Of a DNA stretch of 64,000 nt, positions 1 through 13,560 are shown in pieces; the first letter of the stretch is position 1; the number at the start of each line of letters is the position of its first letter. Source of the DNA: Lama glama (Eukaryota); contig CM052817.1 of NCBI GenBank assembly GCA_028534125.1, forward strand, positions 21,702,001-21,766,000, in the 5' to 3' direction. The notes beneath the pieces were generated by a model. It ran no database searches and had not been told where the DNA came from. It saw only the letters and a program-made list of their open reading frames with translations. Made by a program: the position numbers and the translations under genes.

Positions 1-1049
1 TTTCATTCACTTATCAGAGAAGTGGCATTCTCCAATTTATACTTCCATTTTTAACATTTGCCCAATACAAGCTACTCCTGTACTTTCTTTCCCACTGATC
101 CCTGAACCTAACTGTCTGCCAGTACCTTTGATGGGAATTGGCTGCTCTGAACTGTAAGCTTCTTATCACAGCAGTATACAGTAGACACTTAAACCTTACC
201 AATCAAGTAAATGAGTGAATAAATGATAGGCTGAAAGAATGAAAGTCAAGAATTCTTCGTTTGGATATTATTACAGACCTTTAACTAACAAAAGGAGCAG
301 AACCAGGCAGACTGGACCTTAAAAGGTCAGGATTATAGACTAAATTATGAGCAATTTTAGAAATCCAGGGACATATAGGGATGCACATCATTTAGACTTA
401 ATGATACACATAACTGAAATATAGAAATAATGTAGCTTCTGTAGCCATTGGCTGTAATACCAAAAAAGTGAGCAAATGATGCATTACCAGAGGGTGCAGG
501 CCATTACAGAAGGTGGCCAAAAAAGTACGTATATTTTACTTTTTATCCTTGTACTCTTGATATGAACTTATTTACACTAGAAAACCAGACATCTTTTCAA
601 ACTTTCAGACATATTAAATTATATTTTATAAAAGGCAAATACATAACGTAATATTATCCACCTTTAAGCAGACATAGCAATTCAGTCTGCAGAAACATCC
701 TGGAATAAGATATCCAACACAGGAAGATGAACTAGTAAGTTTTGGTGTATTTTTAGGCCAGTCCTAAATGAAAAAAGTCCCCAAAACAAAACAAGATGGA
801 GTAGCTAATGAATAAAACAGTCACTTAGCTGCATGAACTGATGAGCCCTAAGTGTTTGCTAGCATTTTCTCCCTATACTATACTTTACAGATACAATAGA
901 GACACATTCCACCAACATATTCTGACATATTCATATATTGTAGGCTGTCTGACTCCTGAGGCAGTGAAACATAAGGCCAAGAAAATGTCACTTTTGTTGT
1001 TATTCAACAACACTGTCTACAATACTATTTCCATGTGGTTATGTGTGAG

Positions 1050-1051
<2 letters not shown>

Positions 1052-1093
<42 letters not shown>

Positions 1094-1144
1094 ACATATA
1101 CATATATACATACACATATGTATACTACACATGCACACACACAC
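1052..1144. repeat. (TA)n microsatellite grading into mixed TA/CA low-complexity repeat
   Basis: Direct reading: tatatatata... followed by cacacatacacatata...; this repeat explains the YIYIYI ORFs at 841-1220. Confidence 0.95.
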
Positions 1145-4100
1145 AAGAACAATGAATATAGCAGATAAAGTCTCATGTATAATGACTGTATCCTTTCCCT
1201 GTAAAACTCTTAACAATTAGCCTCTCAGAGAGCACAATATAGGTGCTTAAAGGATGTGACTGCTCACCTACTACTGTATTCTAATGTAGTTTTCCTATCC
1301 TTTTACTTTTAACTTTTAGTGACATTGCCATGGCATTTCTTTTAAAAAGACACAGTTCAATCTCCTATAAGCAACTAGTGTGCTATCCTGAGGCCAAAAT
1401 GTGAATCCTCAGTTTGTGAACATGCAGCTGAGCAATCATATAATTCTCCAAAATGGGGAAAAATAACTCCTTGGACAAATGGGAAGAGATACAACAAAAT
1501 ACATTATTAGAACAACTGCAGTTTTATAATTTATGCATTTTTCCCCTACCATAACATCTCTTGGAATCTAACATATATGTAAATTCTAGATATCCGATTT
1601 CACGTGTAGCCCTGAATGAGGCAGTCCATTCTACGACATGCAATCCTTCATTCCTTCCTCTGGCTTAGGTGTGCCCTACACCTCACTTTGGAGTCCACCA
1701 AGGTAACATGGTTTGTTTCAGCATTATTCTTTGACTGAGGTGGGCTAAATTCCATATTGTTATTAAAGAGGACCTACTATATTACATTCATACTTAATAC
1801 ATATTCTCGTTTCTTCCTTGTAGCAAATCTGCCAGGTGGCTATTAGTTCTGTTGTAAGCATGGGTAAAATTGGGCTTTGAAACATTAACAAACTGGTTAA
1901 GTTAACATTTCATAACCACAGACATAGGGTTAAAACCTAAGTTAGAATTCACCAAAATCAACTTAAGACAATTAGGCATGGAATCTTTCTCTTCCTCTTT
2001 GCAACTTTGGAGTACTTTCTTCGGAGGATATTCCTCTCTGGGATCTGGAATATGCCACAGACAGCAGTGTCATCTATGAATGGATGCAAGTCTTCTTTCT
2101 TTCCTTTAGGGTAACTTCAAACCTCCTTCTCCCATTGTCCCCTTCATACCAGTGGAGTCCTGGTCCCTGCAGCTTGGCCTAGAAAGCAGATCTCTCTCAT
2201 CTAGTATGTTATTTCTTTCATAAGATCTTTGATTGTGTTCTATCAGAATGGTAGTGATCTTTGATTTGGGGTTACTTTAACTCACTTTAGACACAAGACA
2301 AGACGAGGCCTCTGAGCTACCGTTCCTCAGTCACCTTGGATGGACTCAAGGCCTTTGCTCCTTGTCTATGTTCTGATCTTGGTCCTATCTTCAGTTTATA
2401 GTGTTTATAATCCAAAGGGCCCTGATAGCAGCTTTAATCCTGTGGGTCCCCACCACTGGCACCTAGGACAGGCACCATACTACCTTTGGGGGCTCTATGT
2501 TATATGTCAGGTAGTCCTCTTAAAAGAGGGAGGCATGCCTATAAAGACTCCTTTTTAAGGCTTTTATAGCTTTTAAGAACCTTTCTCTTTAATGCCAATG
2601 GACACTTATAATTGATATCCACCCTTGATTCTGATTCATGTGGAGATTTCTTACTCTAATAGGTTGGTCTTAAGAATTACCAGATGAGAAAAGGATATTA
2701 CTTGAACAAATAAAAGTGTTGTGTGGAAGGCAGCAGTGTGGTCAGTATTGAAAGAGATCACATTCTAGAATGTAGTATTGATGGGCTAAAGCATTCAAGA
2801 GATGGCATGATTGAAAGATGTGTTATTCTAAGTTTGTGGTAAGAAATTCTGAATGGTTAATTTAACATGACCATAAAGCAAATTATGGTTTACATTTTCC
2901 TTCATACTCCCATGTAAGACCTGCATTTGTGGTCTTCATCAATGAAGCACAGAACAATCTTTGAGAGAGTTACTGCAAGCCAACAGTCACAGGCATGATG
3001 CGTCATCTTAGGAGGAACAATATAACCAGCAAGAAACAAACTGCAGAGGTAAAAACAGCTATTTTGTTTCAATACAAGCTAGCTCCAAAGAACCATAGAC
3101 ATCAATAATAGTTTTGCTATGTTTTTATTTTTGAGGTGGGAGATAGGAAATTAGCCAGGATAGTGAAATTGACAATAAAGAACAGGAATAGTTGGTTCAA
3201 GAACCAGGAGCAGGAAGAGCTGGTGCTGGAGTATATTCCCTGATTGGCCTAAAACAAATACTCTTTTTCTATCTATTATTCTAAATTTTCACTGACAAAC
3301 CACTATCCTTCATATAAATTCATAAAATTTTAATGTAATTTTATTCAAATCATTTATATAGACCAGGGCCCCACAGATAATATTTTCCTGAGGTCTCACA
3401 TGTCCTGTTGGATGTCTCGTCCTAGAATACTGCCCTACGTGGCCTTCTCTGTCTTGCTATTCAGATATCTTCTCCTTCCTTGACATTACTTCTACTGTTT
3501 TGTATACCAATCAATGCCACTGAAATGGCAGAACAGTCGCAAATCTCACTTACATTATACTGTACTATATGGGTCAAAAAACATTCAGACTTTTTTATCA
3601 CTGATATTGTAAAGAAATTTTAATGAATCATTTTCTCTATAGTATTCCTCCCACCCCTCCCTAGGACTCTGTTTCAAGTCAGTAAGCTGGGTCAGAAAAA
3701 CAAACAAACAAAAACAACAATGAAACCCTAAGCAGCAAATACAGTGTTTTGTGGTGCCTCAAAAACATCATTGAGTCATGAGGCCTCAAGACATGAAGTC
3801 ACACTTTTTCCACCTGAGTTCTGAATCAATGAAGAGATAATCTAGAAGACAGATGGAGAAAAATATATCACTTAATTACTAGTAACCAGTAGGTTAAGGA
3901 TTACTAATGTTTACCTCAGAATCAGGAAGAATTATTGATCCAGTCTCAGACAGAGCTGGACACTGGCTGGTCTCTGGACACAGCAGAATCCTGGTAAGAA
4001 CTAAAACATGCAGTGTGCACTTCCTGAAGGGCACCTTTCCAAAGCAGATAAAATGCAAGGCTGAGCCACACATGTTCAGCATCCTAATTCAACTCACCTG

Positions 4101-5978
4101 TCAGGAACGTCACATGTTTTCCTTTGAGGAAGGTCAGTGAAAGTTAGTAGGGGCCAGCAAAGTGACTATTTGATGTCATTCTGAACGGCTTCACAATTTC
4201 CATTCAGAGACTATTAAAATATTTTGATAGAAGCACTAGTAACTAAAATAGGGTGCACTTAAAGGTAAAAAAGTATACAATATCTTTAAAAAAGAGTTTA
4301 TATTATAGATATCAGTTGCCATTTGAAAAATCCCCCATTTACTGATTTAGCTAGCATAACCTACATCAAAGCTACTATTTGCATTCTACAGAACTACATG
4401 TATAAGGAATAAGTAATCAGTGAGCTATGGGAGACATTATAACAGAGAACTTGGAAATGTATAGATGACCAATAGCATACAATTAAATTCCTTAAATAAT
4501 CCTAAAATATGGGTATAAAATTTGTCTGCTGCAAGCACATCTGCAAAGAGGCAAGTAAGGAATTAGTCAAAATTAAGCCTTTTTCTGCACCTCCATGCAC
4601 TTTCTATCAACAGCGTGCTAGTGAAAAGAATCATCAACACTGCAATTGTGGTTCAACAAGGAATAATTACCTAGAAAACACATTAAATGGTTTTGTTCCC
4701 CTGAAAACGCTTTTCCTTTCAGGCAAGCTATTTTTTTCACTCTGGATTGAGAACTTTAGTGATTGTCTTTGAAAGCTTTACAATCCTAATAGTACCACTG
4801 GAATAAACCACTGTAAATCTGGGTATAATCTGTTGATTCTTTCCTAATAATCCTAAGTCTCATATTCAAATGGTTGCATTATAGAACAGTAAGTCTAAAA
4901 GAATATACAGCACAATGCTCTCATCAAATGCCAATGCAGCATGATTAAGTATGAATTATTGATAATGAGGTTGATTCAGTTTTTACCAGTTCCACTTATA
5001 GAGAGGAAAGAAAACCTAAAACAATTTCTCATAGACAGGAAAAGAGATATGTCTGAGAATTCCTACATGGAAAAATTGAAAAATACATCATCAATTAAAG
5101 GAATCTGCTATGCATATTAGCATGCTATCACTTTAATGATGGAGTTTACTTAGCTAAAATCTCTAACAGAAGGTGTATGAAGACAGACTGTGACAATGAC
5201 CCTTCTTTTTTTTAAAAGAAGTCATCCCCAGGAAGGAAGATTAATGCAGTTCCAGTGTGATGTAGGCTGTTTATATTCTTCATGCCTGGTCACCTAATTG
5301 ATATTAAAAAAAAATCTTAAACTCTATTCATCAGGCAATTATTTTTACAATGAAATAAAAATTAGGACAGATTAATGTTGTCATAGCAAGATTCTGCAGA
5401 TAAAACTCCTAACTGCAATTTTTTAAAAACTCTTCAATCACATGACTCTAAGTGAGTTTCTTTTGAGGGGACAGTCATAGATTAAGGCAAACCATTTTTC
5501 CCCCCTTAAATACAGCACATCTGGTTATCAAATTTAATAACAGGTGTTCCTATATCCAAAACAGAATTAGAAAATTCTCAGGAAACATACTCAATCTTTT
5601 GATTTCTTATAGTACTGATTGAAACAAATATTGCTAATTTAACATGGTGTAGGTGAAATCTATTATTAGATACTTGGAAAATTGTATTATAAAAGTCTTT
5701 AAGTATATTAAAAATGCATATATCTAACATGATTTTTTGAGTTGTTATTTCATTATTCTTATGCTTAAACCACCAACCCTATTTTATTACAAACAATTAG
5801 AGTTGATCTATAAAAAGAGAAGTACAGCCAACTCCCATTTTGTAACTCCAATTTACTTACAAAAGATTGTCCTAATAAGAAGCTTACATCTAATCTTTTT
5901 GACTCATTTATCTCCTTCTAATTCATACTTTTAGATTTCTTCTGAGCAGCAGTGGGAAGAGAAAGGGGCATATAACAT

Positions 5979-6475
5979 TGCAGGGGGGAAGAGTTTTCCC
6001 CTGACCCTCTTACAGAGTCCCTGGCCGAGTCTGAAAAGTGAACTAATAAAGATAAATTAATAGGAGAAGGATATAAAATGTATTTACTATAAGGTTTTGG
6101 TGACACGGGAGATGATGCCCCAAAGAAATAGCTAGACCTGAGGATTCTGTGCCAGGTTTGAGGAAGAATGGACAGTCGTGAAGGAATATGACTAAGGAGT
6201 ATAATATAATTGTAGTAAACTGGGGGAAACTGAGGGAGGCCTGTATGTTAGATTCTTCTTGGCATCTCTTTCTTTGAAGAAAAGGATGCTCCTTTCCTCT
6301 GAGTAGAGAGGGTATTCCTCAGATGAGGATTTTATGACCTGTTTCAAGGAAGAATGTGACAAAAGTGAGGTTAGAGTGACCTTCCTACTTCTGCCATTTT
6401 CTCAGATGTTTACAGCTTAAGATATTCAATATGCCAAAGTGCTGCATTTTGGAGCAGCATGTCCTGAATCCATCA
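5979..6475 (-). mobile_element. Solo ERV1-class LTR, MER34-like
   Basis: TG...CA termini with 4-bp TSD acat (5975-5978 and 6476-6479). The minus strand begins tgatggattcaggacatgctgctccaaaatgcagcactttggcatattgaata, resembling the recalled MER34-family start. Confidence 0.75.
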
Positions 6476-6849
6476 ACATCCCACCTCACCTCTTCTTTCA
6501 CTGTTTCTTGTGCTTATGAAAAAAGGAGAGATGTTTAGTTGACAAACTAATGAATCTCCTGGAACTTCTTTAAGCTTAACGGTTTAGGCAGAACCTGCTG
6601 ATTATAAAGAAACTGGACCACTAACTTCCAGTCCCTGTCCCTCTGACTTAAACCTACCTCTTTGCAGGTCCTGCTCACTTGCCACCACCTTGCAGCCATA
6701 ATTGTATCAAAAATTTTTACTAAGCATTTTTTTGTTTGTTTTCTTTTAACCCAATTGAGATGTTAAGAACATCTGAAGTAAAATATTAAGAAATTCCACC
6801 CCCCCTTTTTTTCATTGTTCAGCATACATATAATCTACTTTCTTTCCTA

Positions 6850-7400
6850 GCAAAGAAAAATTGCATGGACAAGTTAAAAATATAAGGAAAATTTTATTTG
6901 CAACTATTTCAGTAATGGGGAGAGACTGCTACAATAGGTAAGTGAGAGGGAATTCAAAACTCAACTCGGTTAAAACCAAAGATAGGAGAGATTTTAAATG
7001 CTAGGGTGAGTCAGCACTTAAAGTACTAGAGGACACTGAGTGGTGGGAGGTTGGACAATGTGATTGGGTCATCTGTGTTTGCTAATTGGTGCCTATGAAA
7101 GTTAAACTTCAAACCTCCTAGACACTGGGAAACAGGGGTACTATACTATCTTCCTTGATGATTACATTTCAAAGGAATGTCTCACAAATCTTTGAGGAAG
7201 ACATTCTTGGGTTGTATGTAAAGCTGGCAATACTTTGGCAGTAGATTTAAAGCCAAAGGGCAGAGAAAGAATTCATAATTGCAAGTTTTCTAAATTAAAT
7301 GCTCTAAGGAAAGGGAGATTGGGGGCTTCTAAGGGTTGGGAGGGAACTGTCTAATATTTAGTTGAGGGAGTAAGATCTGAAGTTAATGTAGCCATCTTGA
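6850..7400 (-). mobile_element. Degenerate ERV1-class LTR
   Basis: LTR-like composition, minus-strand AATAAA (tttatt near 6894) and resemblance to MER4-group LTRs. Boundaries approximate; no TSD resolved. Confidence 0.5.
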
Positions 7401-8659
7401 ACTAGGAAATAAGAACCAGTCTAGGATGGGAGAGAGAAAGTAGATCCTAGAACTATTCTTTGAATGTTTATCTAGCAATATCTAAACACATTCTTATCTG
7501 GACTCTTCATTGATGTGAAGCGACAAACTACACTTTCCTTTTGCATTTGGATTTTCTGTCACTTAACACCAAAAGACACCTCAGTAACGTCCACTGTTCA
7601 CAGATGCAGTCTGTTGGGTGTTGCAATTTTGTGTTTTGTCTCTTTCAAACTGCAACCTCATAGCTTCTGAGAACTAAAAAACAAAACAAAACAGCAAACT
7701 TAAAAAACACTCATCTGATTCCCTGTCTCCCAATCACAATTGAAATCAACAATGATATGTAAAAACTAGAACGGCTTAACACTAGATCAAAAGGTATGAA
7801 GAGAAGCACCTCTTTTCTCTTCTTTCTTATAGATTGATATAACCTTAAAATACATACGTACCCTGAATGCAGCAGAGATAGTATTTTGCATGTTTATGCA
7901 AAGCTGTCAATTGCCCTCTCTGTATTAAAGATCATGCTCAGAAGCTTACCAATGGATAAGAAATGAGCCCATTAGTATGCAGTACCAAGGATAAGACCAG
8001 CTACCACTAAAAAAAGCCCCAAAACAACACCACCACCACCAAAACACTAGTTACATTCAAATCGATTAGGAATTTTTTTGTTAAAGATTTCCTTTATTTT
8101 CATAAATGAAACCACTGCAAGCATTTATTAACCTTTGTCCAAAGCTTGCTTCTAGGACTGGGTTGGGGTAGGTATTGTTTTTCTAAACTACAAATGTAAG
8201 ACACTTAATACAGAATCTGACACACATTAGTGAACAAAATAACATTTAATACATGCATTATTAAATGTATTTTGTGATCATGGGAACATAAGAAAGATTT
8301 ACTGACTATAATGTAAAAAATGTAATTAACAACACAATGGGCACCAAATGGGAAAAAACAAAACAAAACGAAACAGAAAAAAACCTTCTCGTGTTGTAGA
8401 TGAGTAACAGAGACCTAAGGAATGTTTGTTTAGTTTGGGTAACAGCAAAAGCCAAATTGGGGAAGTTCAAGTCTACAGAAGACAGGCCTCTCTGGGAGAC
8501 ATATGAGCAGTGGTGTAATCAAATCAAACTGTTCTTAAAGAGTGATGTAGAAAAGGAAAAAATTTAGTTGTTATTGGATCAAATTGATGAGTAGCTATTA
8601 TCATTTTTCTTATCATATTTAGCTATGTAATTATCACCTGCCATATGCCATATTCTAGA

Positions 8660-9040
8660 CATGAGGGGCAAAATAATGAGTAGAATAAACCGAAGTGTCT
8701 GCCTTCATGCAATTATATGCTAGTGGAGGGACACAGGAAATAAATAAAGGTTTATGTTGCATAGTGAGAAGGAACATGAAGAAAAATAAGACAAGGTAAG
8801 AAAATAGAATGGAACATGGTGATACTTTATTTGGATTAGTGATCAGCAGATATTTCAAAGAACCTAAATTTGAGAAATTCCAAATGTATAAGAGAGTGGG
8901 ATATGTGGATATCTAAGGTGAGAACTCCAAACTGAGACAGTAGCAAGTGCCAGAAGTGTGAGAGATGTCAGCACAATCCGCAAAAGGCCAATGTGGCTGT
9001 GGCAGACTGAGCAAGGGACAGAGTGATAGGAAGTTAAGTT
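8660..9040 (-). mobile_element. LINE-2 fragment
   Basis: L2 3'-region motifs such as tctgccttcatgcaattatatgctagtggagggacac and aggccaatgtggctgtggcagactgagcaaggg. Confidence 0.65.
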
Positions 9041-9042
9041 GG

Positions 9043-9450
9043 TGTGGAACCCGGGAACCTGGCTATGTGGCATCCAGTTCTCTGTATGACTTGTCCTCTA
9101 GCCATTCAGGCCCTACCCTGTAGGGGAGCTGATGATTACTATTGTTAGGTGAGAGGCTGTGCAATGTCTCTGGGTAGCTGATAGGCAATGGGAAGACAAT
9201 GTTGGTGATGGGTAGTGTTTTTCTGGTGGTTACCCAGCTTACTATGTTCAGAGTCCTCTGTTCTCAGCCTATAAGCCTTGTGGATTCTCTGATTTAGTCT
9301 AGGGGTCAAGAAAATCCAATATACTAGTAACCAGTGGCTTTCTAACTCTAGTAGGTGAGAATTTGTTGTCCTGGTACCCAGCTGTGTCTTGGTATTCCCC
9401 TCCCCCAAACAGTGAAGAATTATGTCTCGATATCTAAGCTGAAGCACAAC
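9043..9450 (+). mobile_element. Possible old LTR inserted in L2
   Basis: Begins tgtgg, ends cacaaca, has an internal TATA-like cctataag and interrupts L2-like sequence. No clean TSD. Confidence 0.35.
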
Positions 9451-9682
9451 AGGTATAAAGAAAGAACTGGGACATGGGCAGGTCAGGAGGGGAACCGCGC
9501 TTCAGAGCACTTCTTAGGATTATGAAAGAAACATTGCCATATATTTACATTTCTGGAAGAATACAGTGAAGCAACTGATTAAAGTCATCCCTAGTCAGTT
9601 TTATAGAGGCAAGAAGATGTACTTTTTTCACTGTATACCCATTTTTTAAATTGAAGTATAGTTGATTTACAATATTATATTA

Positions 9683-9866
9683 TTTTTTTTTTACATTTTT
9701 ATTGATTCATAATCATTTTACAGTGTTGTGTCAAATTCCAGTGTTCAGCACAATTTTTCAGTCATTCATGGACATATACACACTCATTGTCACTTTTTTT
9801 TCTGTGATTTATCATAACATTTTGTGTATATTTCCCTGTGCTATACAGTGTAATCTTGTTTATCTA
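9683..9866 (-). mobile_element. Young L1 3'-end fragment (camelid-type) nested in older L1
   Basis: Poly-T then acatttttattgattcataatcattttacagtgttgtgtcaaattccagtg...; nearly identical to 43814-44008. Confidence 0.85.
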
Positions 9867-10258
9867 GGTGTACAACGTAACAATTCAAAATTTTCATAGG
9901 TTATATTTCACTTAAAGTTATTACAAAATAATGGCTACATTTCCCTGTGCTGTACAATCTATCCGTCTTGTTTTATTGATAGTAGTTTGTATCTCTTAAT
10001 CCCATACCCCTATCTTGCCCTGTCCCCCTTCCCTCTCCCTACTAGCTTGGTCTCTGTATCTGTGAAAAGCCTGTTTGTTTTTTATATACATTTATTTGTT
10101 TTATTTCTTTAGATTCTACATCTAAGTGATAACATATAGTATTTGTCTTTCTCTGACATTTCACTAAGCATAATACTCCCTAGGTCCATCCCATTTTTGA
10201 GAATGGCAGAATCTCATTCTTCTTTATGGCTGAGTAACCTTCCATTGTGTGTATGCGT

Positions 10259-10280
10259 ATGTGTGTGTGTGTGTGTGTGT
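10259..10280. repeat. (TG)n microsatellite within L1
   Basis: Direct reading of gtgtgtgtgt run. Confidence 0.9.
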
Positions 10281-11271
10281 AACACATCTTCCTTACCTAA
10301 TCATCTGTTGGTGAACACTTAGCTTGATTCTGTAATTGGCTATTATAAATAATGCTGTTATGAACATTGGGTATATGTATCTTTTTGAATTAGTGTTTTC
10401 ATTTTCTTCTGATATATATTCAGGACTGGAATTGCTGGACAGTATAGTAGTTCTGATTTTCGTTTTTTGAGGAACGTCCATACTGTTCCAGTGGTTGCAC
10501 CAAGTTACATTCCCGCCAGTAGTGTACGAGGGTTCCCTTTTCTCTATGTCCTCACCAACATTTGTTATTTGTAGATTTTTTTATGATAACCATTCTGACA
10601 GGTGTGAGGTAATATCTCATTATGATTTTGACTTGCATTTCCCTAATAATTAGTGATGTTGTACATTTTTTAATGTGCTTATTGGCCATCTGTATATCTT
10701 TTTTGGAAAAAAAATGTCTATTCAGGTCTTTTACTCATTTTTAAATTGGATATATTTTTTTGATATTAAGATGCACGAGCTGTTTACATATTTGTATTTT
10801 AACCCCCTATCAATCATATAATTTGCAAATGTTTTCTCTCAGTATGTTGTCTTCTTATTTTGTCTATGGATTCCTTTGCTGTGCAAAAAAGTTTTAACTT
10901 TGATTAGGTCCCATTTGTTCATTTTTGCTTTTATTTTTCTGGATCTGCTTCCTAAGGCATTACATACCTATTTTTATAGTTTGAAACTTTAAAAATAATT
11001 TCTATGTATTAATTTTATAACAAAAAAGCCCTCAATTTAAAAAGTACTGATTAGATTCAATACTAAATATCACATTGAAAATGAAAGCAATCTAAATTGT
11101 TTGAGGTAAAAGTAAGAATATGTGTGTTTTAAGGCATATTGTGATGTGTCAAACAAATAAGTAAAGTTAATTTTAAGCAGCTTAAATAGAAAATAGTAAC
11201 ACAGGGAACAGAGCTTGCTAATATTTTGTGGAAAATGTTTGTTAGGCCAGTTTACAAAGCACATTAAGAAA

Positions 11272-11771
11272 NNNNNNNNNNNNNNNNNNNNNNNNNNNNN
11301 NNNNNNNNNNNNNNNNNNNNNNNNNNNNNNNNNNNNNNNNNNNNNNNNNNNNNNNNNNNNNNNNNNNNNNNNNNNNNNNNNNNNNNNNNNNNNNNNNNNN
11401 NNNNNNNNNNNNNNNNNNNNNNNNNNNNNNNNNNNNNNNNNNNNNNNNNNNNNNNNNNNNNNNNNNNNNNNNNNNNNNNNNNNNNNNNNNNNNNNNNNNN
11501 NNNNNNNNNNNNNNNNNNNNNNNNNNNNNNNNNNNNNNNNNNNNNNNNNNNNNNNNNNNNNNNNNNNNNNNNNNNNNNNNNNNNNNNNNNNNNNNNNNNN
11601 NNNNNNNNNNNNNNNNNNNNNNNNNNNNNNNNNNNNNNNNNNNNNNNNNNNNNNNNNNNNNNNNNNNNNNNNNNNNNNNNNNNNNNNNNNNNNNNNNNNN
11701 NNNNNNNNNNNNNNNNNNNNNNNNNNNNNNNNNNNNNNNNNNNNNNNNNNNNNNNNNNNNNNNNNNNNNNN
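11272..11771. other. Assembly gap (500 N)
   Basis: Run of exactly 500 N; 11073-11271 is repeated identically at 11772-11970. Confidence 0.99.
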
Positions 11772-12399
11772 CATTGAAAATGAAAGCAATCTAAATTGTT
11801 TGAGGTAAAAGTAAGAATATGTGTGTTTTAAGGCATATTGTGATGTGTCAAACAAATAAGTAAAGTTAATTTTAAGCAGCTTAAATAGAAAATAGTAACA
11901 CAGGGAACAGAGCTTGCTAATATTTTGTGGAAAATGTTTGTTAGGCCAGTTTACAAAGCACATTAAGAAACACAAATCAAGATGGACCACATGACTTTCT
12001 TATAATTTTTTCATAAGAAGAGAAAATAATCTCTATTTTTTACTTTCCTTTATAAAGCATGTCTATAAAGCAATCATATTATATATTATCAATTCTGTGA
12101 ACTTAAATGTAACTGTTTGAATTGAAAGCTTTATATTTAAAAAATAAGAACAAGTAGGCAGAGACAAACATTTCTCAAAGTCCCTATGAGAAAACTTCTC
12201 TGTAGTAGGAAGGATCTACACAAACTGTTCACTTTTTCAATATGCTAAAGTGACCTATAAAAGTCTATATTCCTGATAGTAAAGTAATGAATTCAGGGAT
12301 GTACACATCCTACAATCATTTCAGCATACCTCCTTTCTGCTTGAAATTTCATCTTCTCATCTCTTAAGGGCTTCATTCCTCACATATTCTTTTTACATT

Positions 12400-13560
12400 A
12401 TCATCTTTATTCTCCTCTGACTCCCTCTGAATAACATAAAACATGCCCTTTCCTCCAACAAACTGCTTGTTTGACCCCTACACTTACCACTAAATTTCCT
12501 GCCCTCTTCAGAGAAAATACCCTCAAAATAACTGTGGACTTTTTCTCCATGTTCTTTACTCCCTGAGTACACTTCTCAAGGCTACTAATGATTTTTGCAT
12601 ATCTGACAGTTTGTTTCTCCCATCACCTTGGAAGCCGACTGCTCTTGGCTTTCCTAAGACAACATTCTTCTGGTTTTTCTCCTCATTAAAATGTTTCTCC
12701 TCCTCTGTCCACTTTGTCAGCTTCCTCTTCTTTGCTCAACTTCTAAATACTGGAAAGCTTGTTCCTGGACCAGCTTCTCTTCTTTACTTTTATTCTGAGG
12801 TAATATAATCCTTTCTCATGGAGGTGAAGGCCATCTAAATCAATGGACAGATCGAGTTCATACTAAATATCCCCTCAAACACTTGATATTTCCACTTAAG
12901 CTCTGCTAGGCACCTCAAACTTAACCAGAACCATTTTACTCTCCTCCAATCTCTCTCTCTCCTAGGATAGGGGGCCAACTTCTGCCCAGTAGCACACACA
13001 CACAAATATCACCTTGATTTTTCTTATTCCTTATACCCCCTCATTCTTCATAGCCTCTCCAACAGTGAGATGGCTTTACCTCCAAAAAACAACCTAGCTC
13101 TTTGTATTTTCTCCATCCTTACTATTCATTTAAGTTACCCTCACCTCCCTATCTCTAGGTGTCCCTTCTCAGTTGATTTTCCACATGGGAGGCATAGGAA
13201 ACTTTAAGAAATGTAAAAGAGTATATGATTCTTCTCTACTTAAAATCTCCTAAAGTTTTATCATGTATCATAGAATAAAATCTAAAATCCCTCCCTTAGC
13301 CTATAAGATTCTACATGATCTGCCAGTTGCTTACTTCATCGACCTCATCTCGAACCCTTTTGTTCCTCATCACCTAATTCCTATTAGGTTGTCTTTCCTA
13401 TTGTTCTGAAACCTACTGAATTGTTACTTCTTTGTAACATTTACCTTTACCATACTATTCTTTGCCTAAAAAACTCATCCTGAAACAGCCTAGAAAGCTG
13501 TTTGCACAGCTGATTACTCTTGTTATTTACTTAAAATGGCATTACCTTACAACCCAATTT
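12400..13560 (+). mobile_element. LINE-2 fragment(s)
   Basis: Pyrimidine-rich L2 motifs: acaacattcttctggtttttctcctc, ggcacctcaaacttaacc, agaataaaatctaaaatccct...gcctataagattctacatgatctg. Confidence 0.7.

Larger units (their letters stand above)
9642..10959 (-). mobile_element. 5'-truncated L1 (3' UTR plus ORF2 C-terminal region) with short 5' inversion
   Basis: Poly-T start then ttgaagtatagttgatttacaat; ORF2-end motifs gggttcccttttctc and ttgattaggtcccatttgttcatttttgctttt; degenerate TSD atacc(c/t)attttt at 9635-9646 and 10964-10975. Confidence 0.9.

Noticed and set aside
841..1220. ORFs with YIYIYI/HTH repeats (similar ORFs at 14402-14847 and 27693-27878)
   Set aside because: Translations of TA/CA microsatellites.
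1669..1702. 34-nt micro-exon candidate (pyrimidine tract-ag ... AAG|gtaaca)
   Set aside because: Not a multiple of 3, no recognisable peptide and no partner exons; such signals are frequent by chance.
11070..11990. Longest ORFs (306 aa and 197 aa), one with an apparent internal repeat
   Set aside because: They span the 500-N gap, and the repeat is the duplicated gap flank.
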